Position numbers and translations under genes: made by a program. Below, piece by piece: positions 31,351 to 40,435 of a DNA stretch of 64,000 nucleotides; the first letter of the stretch is position 1, and every line of letters starts with the position of its first letter. The notes under the pieces were generated by a model. The model saw only the letters and a list, made by a program, of their open reading frames with translations. It did not search any database and was not told the DNA's origin. Source of the stretch: Cyanobacteria bacterium P01_F01_bin.150 (lineage in GTDB: Bacteria; Cyanobacteriota; Cyanobacteriia; CAKZMO01); contig JBCCYL010000003.1 of the NCBI GenBank assembly GCA_039189765.1, positions 96,001 to 160,000 on the forward strand, read 5' to 3'.

Positions 31351-31548
31351 ACCCGTACGACTTAGGATTTCTTCTACGGAGACGCTGCGCGAACAAGACT
31401 CAAAATTGATAACTTATCAAATGCCCATTCCTTAGCCCCGTTTATCGATAATTGCTTATCGACAATAATGTCCCAGTCACAAATCTATTGTACTAGTATT
31501 AAGTAATCTGCTACAGTGAAGCCAAAGCGCGGTTTTGGGAGTAGGGCA

Positions 31549-31739
31549 ATGGTTTCTCAAGCGCAATCTAACATTCTGCAAGGTTCAGCGTCCGCTCAAA
31601 AATATCCGCCTCTGCAAAGTGGCGATCGCCTCTATTGTTAGATGAGGATGCCTTGCTAAACGATCGAATGACAAAAGTGTTAGAGGTCGTGCAGGCAGTA
31701 CTACAGTCAATGGAGCATAAAACAATGGCGCTGACGTAA
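31549..31739 (+). pseudogene. Second Uma2-family remnant (N- and C-termini only)
   Basis: MVSQ...KYPPLQSGDRL(YC*) fused out of frame to LDEDALLNDRMTKVLEVVQAVLQSMEH. These resemble the PPLESGDRL start and the ALLxxxMxxVLxVxQxxLxSxEH end of one Uma2 subfamily. Confidence 0.65.
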
Positions 31740-31753
31740 GCTTCTGGTGGGCC

Positions 31754-31786
31754 AGATCCCAGGGTTCTTAAAGAACCCTGGGATCT
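31754..31786. repeat. Perfect 16-bp-stem palindrome upstream of the HUH transposase (REP-like)
   Basis: agatcccagggttctt-a-aagaaccctgggatct. Confidence 0.85.
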
Positions 31787-31852
31787 AAATCCGCCTGTGG
31801 GTTGGGGGAATCATTATCGTGAGAATTAGAGATGATTCCCTCTGTGTTGAAT

Positions 31853-32623
31853 ATGCCAAGACAACCGCGAGACTTAAAACCAGGGTATTGCTATCACATC
31901 ACGACAAGATGTAATAATCGAGAATTTCTTCTCTATCGGCAGGAATGCAGGGAAGTATTTCTCTATGCTATTAAGCAGGCCCAAGAGAAATTTGACTTCA
32001 AGCTTTATGGACTATGCATTATGAGCAATCATGTTCATTATTTGCTTGAACCAAAAGCCCCGAACGACTTGCCTAAAATTATGCATTGGCTCAACTGGTA
32101 CACGGCCATGTGCTTTAACCAAATGCTGGGGCGTACTGGTCACTTTTGGGAAAAACGATACTTCAGCGCTGGATTCCCTAGCTCAGACCATGCAAGAGTG
32201 CTCAATACACTGCGCTACATCCATGCCAATCCCAAAACGGCAAAAATGCAGCATGGGTTTTTCTATGACTTCAGCAACTACGGTTCCCATGAACGAATGA
32301 CCAATGACGGGATTACCCAATGGCATTCTGCATTTCTATCGCTGGGTGAGTCACTTGAAGACTGTGCAGAAGCCTATAAACAGTTCTGTAATCGCTATAA
32401 ACCCAAGGAAAAACCCGCTAAGAAATCAAGTTGGGGTGGTCGGCTTCTCGCCAAGATGGAAGCAGCGGTGAAGACCAAGAGGAAAAAAGCTAAAACATCA
32501 CCGGGTCAGACTAAGCTATCGCTTCCGTGGGAGCAGTACCAGGTATTGAATTGCCCTGAAATTCAGTCGATCGCTAGAACCTTTATCAGCGCTAACTCTT
32601 ATCCAATCAGCGGATCACCTTAG
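31853..32623 (+). CDS. REP-associated tyrosine transposase (RAYT; Y1/HUH, IS200-like)
   Basis: MPRQPR...YHITTRCNNRE, HUH motif MSNHVHYL, FWEKRY, catalytic YIHANP, YDFSNY. Confidence 0.88.
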   Translation: MPRQPRDLKPGYCYHITTRCNNREFLLYRQECREVFLYAIKQAQEKFDFKLYGLCIMSNHVHYLLEPKAPNDLPKIMHWLNWYTAMCFNQMLGRTGHFWEKRYFSAGFPSSDHARVLNTLRYIHANPKTAKMQHGFFYDFSNYGSHERMTNDGITQWHSAFLSLGESLEDCAEAYKQFCNRYKPKEKPAKKSSWGGRLLAKMEAAVKTKRKKAKTSPGQTKLSLPWEQYQVLNCPEIQSIARTFISANSYPISGSP

Positions 32624-33052
32624 TAAATTTGTTTTTTTAGGGGTTGTTGAATTCGAGGGCGATCGCTAGAATGCACGGTAAAGCTGAAATTCCAGTTAAA
32701 GGAGACCACTGGAAAGCTAATTCCAGTTTACCTTTGGGCCGTATGCTTGGGCCGTATGCGAGGTAAAGCATCAATAGCAGGTTACGCAGTTCGATTTAAT
32801 TGAATACGCACGAACAAGAATTTTGATGTACCAGTCCTGACAAATTAAGTTCGGCATTGTTTTATCCCAGTGGATTGCTGCTTTGGTGCGGTTATCCTAT
32901 CTTCTCTTCGTATCTGGGTTGATGCAGTGCCGAATTTTTGGTTTTTAAAGCCAAGCCAATTGGTTTTTGGAACCTAATTCAGGCCAACTCAGCCTAGCTC
33001 TGTGGAGAGGATATCTTCTGGGAATTGTAAACCCTAGTAGGAGAAAATCCTC

Positions 33053-33367
33053 ATGGCTCTATTTGATTGGCTAGGAAATAAACCTAAGCCAGAACCGGAC
33101 AAAACTCCATTGCTCCTTCTGGTTGAAGTCCCTGGACTGAAGCTTGAAATCAATGGAAAGCTGCTTGAAACCATTAAGGCATTGATGCCACTACTGTTGC
33201 GTGTGAAATCCCTCTCATGGATTGCCACACCTCTTACAGCACTGTGGTTTCTGTCTAGTGGAATTGGGGTAAATGTGCAGAGTAAGTTGTGTCACCAGCC
33301 TGTTCTGCCAAATACCCCACGGATTGCTGAGGATGTCACTCCTCAAAAGGGTGATCTATCGCTTTAA
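33053..33367 (+). CDS. Small hypothetical protein
   Basis: AGGAG RBS, 104 aa, one hydrophobic segment. Confidence 0.5.
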   Translation: MALFDWLGNKPKPEPDKTPLLLLVEVPGLKLEINGKLLETIKALMPLLLRVKSLSWIATPLTALWFLSSGIGVNVQSKLCHQPVLPNTPRIAEDVTPQKGDLSL

Positions 33368-33545
33368 ATCAAGAACGCTCAAAGTAATCTTGATTTAACA
33401 GTTTCAGCCTGGATTCCTGGTCAGAGGAGTCCGGGCTTTCTTGTTGTAGCGTAGCCCTGCCCTCACTTCTCTGATCATACTCCTTTTTCCATAGTGGTGT
33501 GTGACGAAAGAAAACGTCCGCCAGATTATCTCCATCACTCGGTAA

Positions 33546-33767
33546 CTAATCAGCAAGAACCAGTTTTTGCAGTTTAGATAGCTGCTTTTCCAAACTGCTG
33601 ACGCGCTTGCTAGTACTAGCGCAGCTATCAGGTGTCGTCTGTCCCAGAAATTGAGCAATTGCCTCACGTACCAACTCACTCTCCGATTTCCCAGTTTCTT
33701 CCTGAATAGACTTAAGCTGGATTGCATGAGCTTCAGGGACTCGCCCGCCCACATGAATAAGGGCCAT
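33546..33767 (-). CDS. Ribbon-helix-helix (CopG-like) DNA-binding protein
   Basis: IHVGGRVPE...LKSIQEETGKSESELVREAIAQFL plus a coiled-coil tail RVSSLEKQL. Confidence 0.8.
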   Translation of the reverse strand: MALIHVGGRVPEAHAIQLKSIQEETGKSESELVREAIAQFLGQTTPDSCASTSKRVSSLEKQLSKLQKLVLAD

Positions 33768-34003
33768 AAATTGTGAACTCCGTGAACGCGGTTGACGCAC
33801 TCTGGCTATAGGAGTGCGTCTTTGTTTTTAGGATAAATTCGTTGACTTTGTTGACCGCGTTGACACTGTTTTGTCAATACTTATAAGAATTTTTGATCAG
33901 TGATTCTGCTGGTGAATTTGGTCGATTTTCTTATCAATAGGGTGAACCCCCATCAAATATAGGAAAATGAGTTCGTGTTTTCAGCAAAGACGAACTCGGC
34001 ACC

Positions 34004-34555
34004 ATGGCTAAGCAAAATCGGCAGGGCAAGGCACTGATTCTGGAATTAGGACAGATTGAGGAGATAGTGAGCAATCTTGCTTATCCCCACAGCGCGATTG
34101 CTGCGTTGTGTTATTGGTCCGCTTCTCGTGCCGGTGAAATCGTTGCACTGGAATTTAGTGCTATCGGTCCCAGCTCGCTGTCAATCAAACAGAGCAAAAC
34201 TAAGGCCGTGAAAGAAATTGGTTACTACAGCCAACTAACCGAGGCTATAGATTTAATTCACCAACACTCTGGGCAATATTGTTTTCCTAGCCGTAATGGC
34301 ACTACTCACCTCACTCTCAGGGCATTTCAGAAACAACTCGACAATTGTTTTGATTGGCTAGGGATTAGTGGGGCATCGTCTCACTCGTTCCGCCGCTCGA
34401 TGGCTACCCATCTATATGAATCAAAGGTCGATTTGCAATCGATTAGACAAATGACTGGGCACAAGTCGCTAGACTCACTGACTGAATATATTGATATCCC
34501 TCGATTAGAAGCCCAAAGTAGGATTAGTGACGCTATCGCCCAGTGGCGTTCCTGA
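34004..34555 (+). CDS. Tyrosine recombinase/integrase, catalytic domain only
   Basis: R (SRAGEI), K (SKTK), HSFRR, GH and Y (TEYID) catalytic set; 183 aa. Confidence 0.92.
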   Translation: MAKQNRQGKALILELGQIEEIVSNLAYPHSAIAALCYWSASRAGEIVALEFSAIGPSSLSIKQSKTKAVKEIGYYSQLTEAIDLIHQHSGQYCFPSRNGTTHLTLRAFQKQLDNCFDWLGISGASSHSFRRSMATHLYESKVDLQSIRQMTGHKSLDSLTEYIDIPRLEAQSRISDAIAQWRS

Positions 34556-34827
34556 TTGCCCCGCTCACCGCCCCAACAGCGTCCAGCGATCGCCCCCCTT
34601 CCCCGCCCCTTTCATTCCCTCCCGCCTGGCCCTTCTCGTCTGGGTTGATGTGGTGAGTGCGTTTGATGCGAAAACAAGGCACGCTCTGATCGTAGATTCC
34701 TGCTACGTTTGGAACGGATGCGATCGCCCTCTATTCCTGCCCCTCCAATTCCGCCAATTTCTGCTGCTCCTCAACCCAAGCCTGCAAAGTGCTGGACATA
34801 TCCAGGAGCTTTTGAGAATCAGGGTCT

Positions 34828-35172
34828 TCAGATCTCAGTTCTTCTAACAGCTATTGAGCGAAGGTTTTGAGCTGATGGTCGTAATTCTTCCAATATCTCG
34901 ATTAATCGCCGATTTTGCTCCCGAGTCCGATCCAAGCCCAAAGCCAGCTCCAGAATCCAACTCAGACCCAGCTTCCGAGCAAGAGCCCGATCCAGCTCTA
35001 GCTCCTGAGCCAGTTTCTGAGGCAGCATCAGAGCCCGATATTGAGTCCGATTCAGCTCCCGAGCTAGCTCCTGAGCCCGAGCATGGTCCCGATATTGAGC
35101 CTGATCCAGAACCAGCTCCCGAGCTAGATTAGCCGCCTTATCTAATTTCTCTAGAAATTCTGCCTTGTTCAT
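34828..35172 (-). CDS. Hypothetical low-complexity (LARELxLD) repeat protein, possibly degraded
   Basis: GAGG RBS and ATG; repeated ARAQELAREL/LAQELELDRALAR units. Confidence 0.45.
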   Translation of the reverse strand: MNKAEFLEKLDKAANLARELVLDQAQYRDHARAQELARELNRTQYRALMLPQKLAQELELDRALARKLGLSWILELALGLDRTREQNRRLIEILEELRPSAQNLRSIAVRRTEI

Positions 35173-35740
35173 ACTTCACCTCATATGCCATTAGGGTAGC
35201 AATACCGAGCTAAAAGCGATTATGAAAGTATTGAATCCCTTAATACAGTGAGTGACGCCCACTTGCAGCCGAATTGGCCCTGGTCTACGCCGTTAGCGAA
35301 GGGCGTCCAGCGCCCCATAACTCGCCAAACCTGGGGGCGCTACGCACTCCTTGAGCTGTAGGATTTGAGAGATTCTCTACACCATTCGTTCTGACGCACT
35401 GTTCTGCCACAAATGTCTAATGTGGGTGTGCATTTGCAGGGAATACCGAATATTGCTGGATACCTTAGCTTGGCTGTGTTGCAGAAGTATTTGGCCGTAG
35501 CTGAGAAGTAGGTGGAAGAAGCGATCGCCTCTTTTAGTCGCTGATAGTAGAAGCTCAGAGCAGGATTAGTGAGGCGATCGCATCCACATTGCAGATCTGA
35601 AGCTGAGGCAGGCTGATTTGGAGAGATAGTGGTGGGAAGTGAGTGGGACAATCTAACGTCATCGATCTGGGACTGAAGTGGGCGCAGCCAAAAAATACGT
35701 TTGTTCTTTCTCTGGTCCCCAAAGCTGCTACAGTAGCATC

Positions 35741-36784
35741 ATGGCAAAACAGTCTTCTCTTTTTCCAGATGACAACTACGCCGCCTTTCTGGACGGTTTA
35801 AAGCAGCGTATCCGAAAAGCCCAAATTAAAGCAGCCCTAGCCGTCAATCAGGAGTTGGTCTTACTGTATTGGACCATTGGTAAAGATATCCTGGCCAAAC
35901 AGCAAACAGAAGGCTGGGGCAGTAAGGTCATTGACCGATTAGCAAAAGACCTAAAGCAATCCTTTCCAGATATAAAAGGATTTTCTGCCCGAAACCTAAA
36001 GTACATGCGGAGTTTTGCTGAGGCATGGCCCGACAAACAAATTGTGCAACAGCTTGTTGCACAAATCCCATGGGGGCATAATGTGCGTCTGCTCGACACT
36101 GTTAAAAGCTCGGAAGAACGGCGCTGGTATGTGGAAAAGACCATTAAGAATAGTTGGAGCCGTAATGTCCTGATGATGCAAATCGATAGCGATTTATACG
36201 AGCGCCAAGGCAGAGCGATTACCAATTTTGAACAGACCCTTCCTGAACCACAGTCAGACTTAGCTCAAAGCCTGCTGAAGTCTGAATACAACTTTGACTT
36301 TCTTAGCTTGGGAGAAGAGGCCCAGGAAAGAGAACTGGAAAAGGCCTTGGTGGAACGGATTAAAGAATTTCTGCTGGAATTGGGTGTGGGTTTTGCCTTT
36401 GTTGGCAGTCAATACCATCTGGAGATTGAGGACGATGATTACTACCTTGATCTCCTTTTCTATCATCTACAGCTCCGCTGCTATGTGGTGATTGATCTCA
36501 AGGTTACAGAGTTCAAACCTGAATACACAGGCAAGATGAACTTTTACGTTTCTGCCGTCGATGACCTTCTTAAACATGCCGATGATCAACCCACCATCGG
36601 CATTATTCTCTGCCGATCCAAAAAGAAAACCGTTGCGGAGTATTCATTAAGAAACGTCAACACCCCCATTGCGGTCTCAACCCACAAACTGCCTAAAACG
36701 CTGCGCGATCGCTTGCCTACAGCAGAGCAATTGGAAATGGAGATTGATTTAGTGATGAAAAAAATTGAGGGAGAAAAACCATAA
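35741..36784 (+). CDS. YhcG/DUF1016 PD-(D/E)XK nuclease-domain protein
   Basis: NQELVLLYWTIG, GWGSKVIDRLAKDL, FSARNLKYMR, FLLELGxGFAFVG, DLLFYH, VIDLK, GKMNFY. Confidence 0.93.
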   Translation: MAKQSSLFPDDNYAAFLDGLKQRIRKAQIKAALAVNQELVLLYWTIGKDILAKQQTEGWGSKVIDRLAKDLKQSFPDIKGFSARNLKYMRSFAEAWPDKQIVQQLVAQIPWGHNVRLLDTVKSSEERRWYVEKTIKNSWSRNVLMMQIDSDLYERQGRAITNFEQTLPEPQSDLAQSLLKSEYNFDFLSLGEEAQERELEKALVERIKEFLLELGVGFAFVGSQYHLEIEDDDYYLDLLFYHLQLRCYVVIDLKVTEFKPEYTGKMNFYVSAVDDLLKHADDQPTIGIILCRSKKKTVAEYSLRNVNTPIAVSTHKLPKTLRDRLPTAEQLEMEIDLVMKKIEGEKP

Positions 36785-36927
36785 AACCAGGATTTATATC
36801 TGTAAACGTGAGCAGTGAGATTTGCTGTAAGCGACGGGGAGTAGTCCTGATTTTATGAAAGGAATGCTGTCTTTGATTCGTGAGGATGAGATGATAGGGT
36901 TGCTCAATACCAGATTGGAGAACTGCC

Positions 36928-37752
36928 ATGTCTGTTTCCGGCTCTTACTCTGCGAGTACGTTTCATCGTGACCTGGAAAGTGAGCTACACCGTTTACAAG
37001 TACAAGTAGAGTTGGTCTGGAAAAAAGAATCTCGTAATCTGGCCTGGTTCGGCTTAAAAGATGGCATGTCCATTCTGGAGTTAGGCAGTGGTCCAGGTTT
37101 CAGCACTGAGAAACTATTAACGCTGGTGCCCAACGGTTCGGTGACTTCGGTAGAACGTGATCCGATGATGGTGAAAGAAGCCTCAAATCGGTTGCATCTC
37201 TACCCCAAAGAGCGATTCACTATCATCGAAGCGTCTGCGTCGGATACAGGATTACCCGACAATTCTATGGACTTCGCGATCGCCCGCCTGTTATTCCAAC
37301 ATCTCCCCGATCCGATTGCGGTGGCCAAAGAGGCGTTTCGAGTCCTGAAACCAGGCGGAAAAATTGCGATTACTGACCCCGATATTGACTTGTTTTGGCT
37401 GCTTGATCCGCCGCTTCCAGAAGCTGATCTGATTTGTGCGCGATTGAGCCAGGGGCAGGCTGCTCAGTCAGGCGATTTCCACATTGGTCATAAGCTGTGG
37501 CGTATTCTCAAATCGGTTGGCTTTGAAGATATGAACCTAGAGATGATTACAGCCCATAGTGATGAGCTGGGTATAGAATCCCTCTTACCTCAATTCGAGC
37601 CGGACTTATTACTGAAGCTTATGGAGGCAGGGTTACTTAGTAAGGCTGAATTCACTCAAATTAAGCAATCTAGGGAAGCATTTCTCAATTCCCCTGATCC
37701 GTTTCTTCTCTATATGTGGTGGATGGTGAGTGGTTCCAAAGGTGCTGTTTGA
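36928..37752 (+). CDS. Class I SAM-dependent methyltransferase
   Basis: ILELGSGPG, TGLPDNSMDF, RVLKPGG; GGAG RBS. Confidence 0.92.
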   Translation: MSVSGSYSASTFHRDLESELHRLQVQVELVWKKESRNLAWFGLKDGMSILELGSGPGFSTEKLLTLVPNGSVTSVERDPMMVKEASNRLHLYPKERFTIIEASASDTGLPDNSMDFAIARLLFQHLPDPIAVAKEAFRVLKPGGKIAITDPDIDLFWLLDPPLPEADLICARLSQGQAAQSGDFHIGHKLWRILKSVGFEDMNLEMITAHSDELGIESLLPQFEPDLLLKLMEAGLLSKAEFTQIKQSREAFLNSPDPFLLYMWWMVSGSKGAV

Positions 37753-37804
37753 ATAAGTTGTTAATAGATTACCTGAGGGCGATCGCCAAAGGCACAAATA
37801 GTAA

Positions 37805-37835
37805 AACCCCCACCAAACGGTGGGGGCTATCTTTC
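37805..37835 (+). terminator. Hairpin after the methyltransferase gene
   Basis: cccccacc-aaac-ggtggggg. Confidence 0.65.
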
Positions 37836-38215
37836 AACATGTCATGAAAAAGGTAAAGCTTTATGAGAACGGTTCTAACGAGCAAGGACGCGGTTCAAAA
37901 GAGGAATGCCGCGATAGGTTTCCTTAACGCTTCCGGGCTTAGTTTGCTTCTGGGAAGAAACAGTGTTGTGCTTGATGCCGCGATAAGTCATGGTCATGGA
38001 TTTGCCTCCAAAAAGTTGTATAGATTTGGTCAGAGGCGCGTTCCTTCGGAAAAATTCCTACTGCCGTCTTCCCTACTTGAGAAGATGAACGATTTATTTC
38101 TGTATCTATTGTTACTGTTTTTTCAATAAAAGGCAAGGGGTAACCCAAAATTTTTGTTAGCAGTTGATGATAATTGCTGCTCGATGAAAGCTGTATACTA
38201 TCGTGCGCAAGCCTC

Positions 38216-38660
38216 CTATTCCTCTGGGCAGGGTTTAGTCGAAATCTGAAATTCTAAATTGCTGTAGGGATCGTAGGGAGAAAAGCCCTGTTCGTTAAGC
38301 TCATAGAGACTTGGTCGAACAACGCTGAAATTTATAGAGTCGCTCTTATTTAAATTACCGACAGCTTCAGCAATGGTGTCTTTGTTAGAGAGTCGATTCC
38401 CATTAACGGCAATAATCATATCTCCCTCCTTCAAGCCAGCATCTTGAGCAGAGTAGCCTGGCAATGTGGAGAGAACAAGGGCAAATTTAGCAGGATACTG
38501 ATCGGCAAATTTCTGATCCAAGTAGAACGTATAGCGAATACCCACACATTGCTTAGTCGGAATGGCTGGGAAGGAAAGTCAACAGGAATAATGCTGCGAC
38601 AACAGAAAAGTTTCGCCGAAGTAAGGGATGAAAATCTCGCTTTGAGGCTTTGAATATCAT
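38216..38660 (-). pseudogene. PDZ-domain gene remnant with out-of-frame leader
   Basis: PDZ motif PGYSAQDAGLKEGDMIIAVNG at 38216-38545. An upstream ATG at 38660 opens a signal-peptide-like segment (RRNFSVVAALFLLTFLPS) in another frame that stops just before the PDZ part. Confidence 0.55.
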
Positions 38661-38908
38661 TAAATTTTAACTATCTACTGTTTAGTCAATCAAATCCTAA
38701 AGTAAATGAGCATGGGGAGCTACGGTGCCAAAAACAATAAATACCCATACAGTGATGGGTATTGCATCTAAACTTTACATAGCGGTCCGCCGCAATTCGA
38801 CTTTAAATCAGGTCAGCTAAATGTTGATGTGAGGGCTTCATGCCCACATCATCCGCCGAAAGTTGGTGCTTATCCGACGCAAGATTGATAAATTCTAGCG
38901 TGTTTCCT

Positions 38909-39757
38909 ATGCTCGATCTCCACTGTCACACCACATACTCAGACGGGACTCTGTCACCACAGGAGCTGGTGTTAGCAGCGGCAAAGGCAGGGCTGCAAGC
39001 GCTGGCAATTACCGACCATGACACAATCGCGGGTTGGGACGAGGCGATCGCCGCTGCCCAAGCTCTGACTATATCGACGGGAAACCCAATGGAAATCGTC
39101 CCCGGTGTGGAGTTGAGCACGACTTATAAAGGGCGATCGGTTCATATTTTAGGCTTCTATCCTGACTCTTATATTTTGCGGCCTTTGCTGGAAAAGCGCT
39201 TAGAAGGTCGAAGACGACGGGCAGAGCAAATGGTGGAAAAGTTAGCAGAGCTAGGCTACCCCATCCACTGCCCCGAATTGGACGACGACCCAGACCAAAC
39301 CAGTAGAGGAATGGCTCCCGGTCGGCCCCATATTGCCAGAGCCCTTGTGAAAGCAGGATATATCGATCGCACTCAGGATGCCTTTGATCGATGGATTGGG
39401 GAAGGAAAGCCTGCCCATGTGGCCTACGAAGAGCTATCGGTAGAGGACGGTCTGGCCCTGCTGAAATCAGCCGGAGCGATTCCCGTTTGGGCACATCCCT
39501 GGCTGTTTCGTGGCGGGAATATTGAAGGCATGGTCTACGAAATGGCGGAGGCCGGACTAATGGGATTGGAGGTCTATCATCCTGGCCACACTCCATCCCA
39601 ACAAGCTCGGTTAACGGCATTGTGTCGAGAATTGGGACTGATTAAAACTGGAGGAAGTGATTATCACGGTCCTGCTCAGGATAAACGCCATCCTTTGAAT
39701 ATTTTTAATTTGCCATTGGGGCTTTTGCGACCACTACGAGAATTAAAGACGTCTTAG
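38909..39757 (+). CDS. PHP-domain phosphoesterase (TrpH/YciV-like)
   Basis: DLHCHTTYSDG, AITDHD, GVELS, HILG, GRPH, AHP, GGSDYHG. Confidence 0.93.
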   Translation: MLDLHCHTTYSDGTLSPQELVLAAAKAGLQALAITDHDTIAGWDEAIAAAQALTISTGNPMEIVPGVELSTTYKGRSVHILGFYPDSYILRPLLEKRLEGRRRRAEQMVEKLAELGYPIHCPELDDDPDQTSRGMAPGRPHIARALVKAGYIDRTQDAFDRWIGEGKPAHVAYEELSVEDGLALLKSAGAIPVWAHPWLFRGGNIEGMVYEMAEAGLMGLEVYHPGHTPSQQARLTALCRELGLIKTGGSDYHGPAQDKRHPLNIFNLPLGLLRPLRELKTS

Positions 39758-39830
39758 AACCACTGAGCTACGGTAGAATGCAGCCGTAGCTGAATTATGG
39801 AATCAGGGGACTCAATAGAGTTCAGGCATC

Positions 39831-40388
39831 ATGGCAGAAAAAGACTCCTACACTGACTTTTTGAAAAAAGATTTCCAGCAGTTGTTTGAATCGATGGAAC
39901 TACAGCCCAGGCAAGAGCACTTTATGCGATCGCGCTGGCTTGACCAGGTACTATGGATGGAAAAGAAGGCTGGAACCTGTCGCAAGCGCCACCAATTCTT
40001 ACGTCTTACGACAATTATCCTAGGGGTTATTGTTCCAATTATTATTGGCTTTAACTTTGCTGACAATACCCTAAATAAGCGCCTGAGGGCCATAACCGCC
40101 ATATTGAGTGGGGTTGTTGCCGTTAGTGCAGCAGTGGAAGAATTTTTCCATTACGGCGAACGCTGGTATCACTATCGACGGACTGCTGAATCTCTGAAGC
40201 AGCATGGCTGGCAGTTATCCCAGCTTACTGGCCCCTACAAGAAATACATTGCCTGCGACACCGCCTTTCCAACGTTTGCCGAAAATGTAGAAGAAATTCT
40301 TCAGAAAGATGTGGAAGGCTACGTTACCCAGGGAAAGCAGGCTCTAAGTGAAGAAGAGAATTCAAACCCTAAGAGTGAAACGACATAA
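39831..40388 (+). CDS. DUF4231/SLATT-like two-TM protein
   Basis: RWLDQVLWMEKKA, two TM helices, then WYHYRRTAESLK. Confidence 0.82.
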   Translation: MAEKDSYTDFLKKDFQQLFESMELQPRQEHFMRSRWLDQVLWMEKKAGTCRKRHQFLRLTTIILGVIVPIIIGFNFADNTLNKRLRAITAILSGVVAVSAAVEEFFHYGERWYHYRRTAESLKQHGWQLSQLTGPYKKYIACDTAFPTFAENVEEILQKDVEGYVTQGKQALSEEENSNPKSETT

Positions 40389-40435
40389 GGTTGATTTCAG
40401 GAACTGTGTCAGGCAGGCAGCCCTTGATGAGTATT

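Noticed and set aside
35340..35651. 103-aa minus-strand ORF in the island
   Set aside because: TTG start, no RBS or motif recognised; cannot be supported as a gene.
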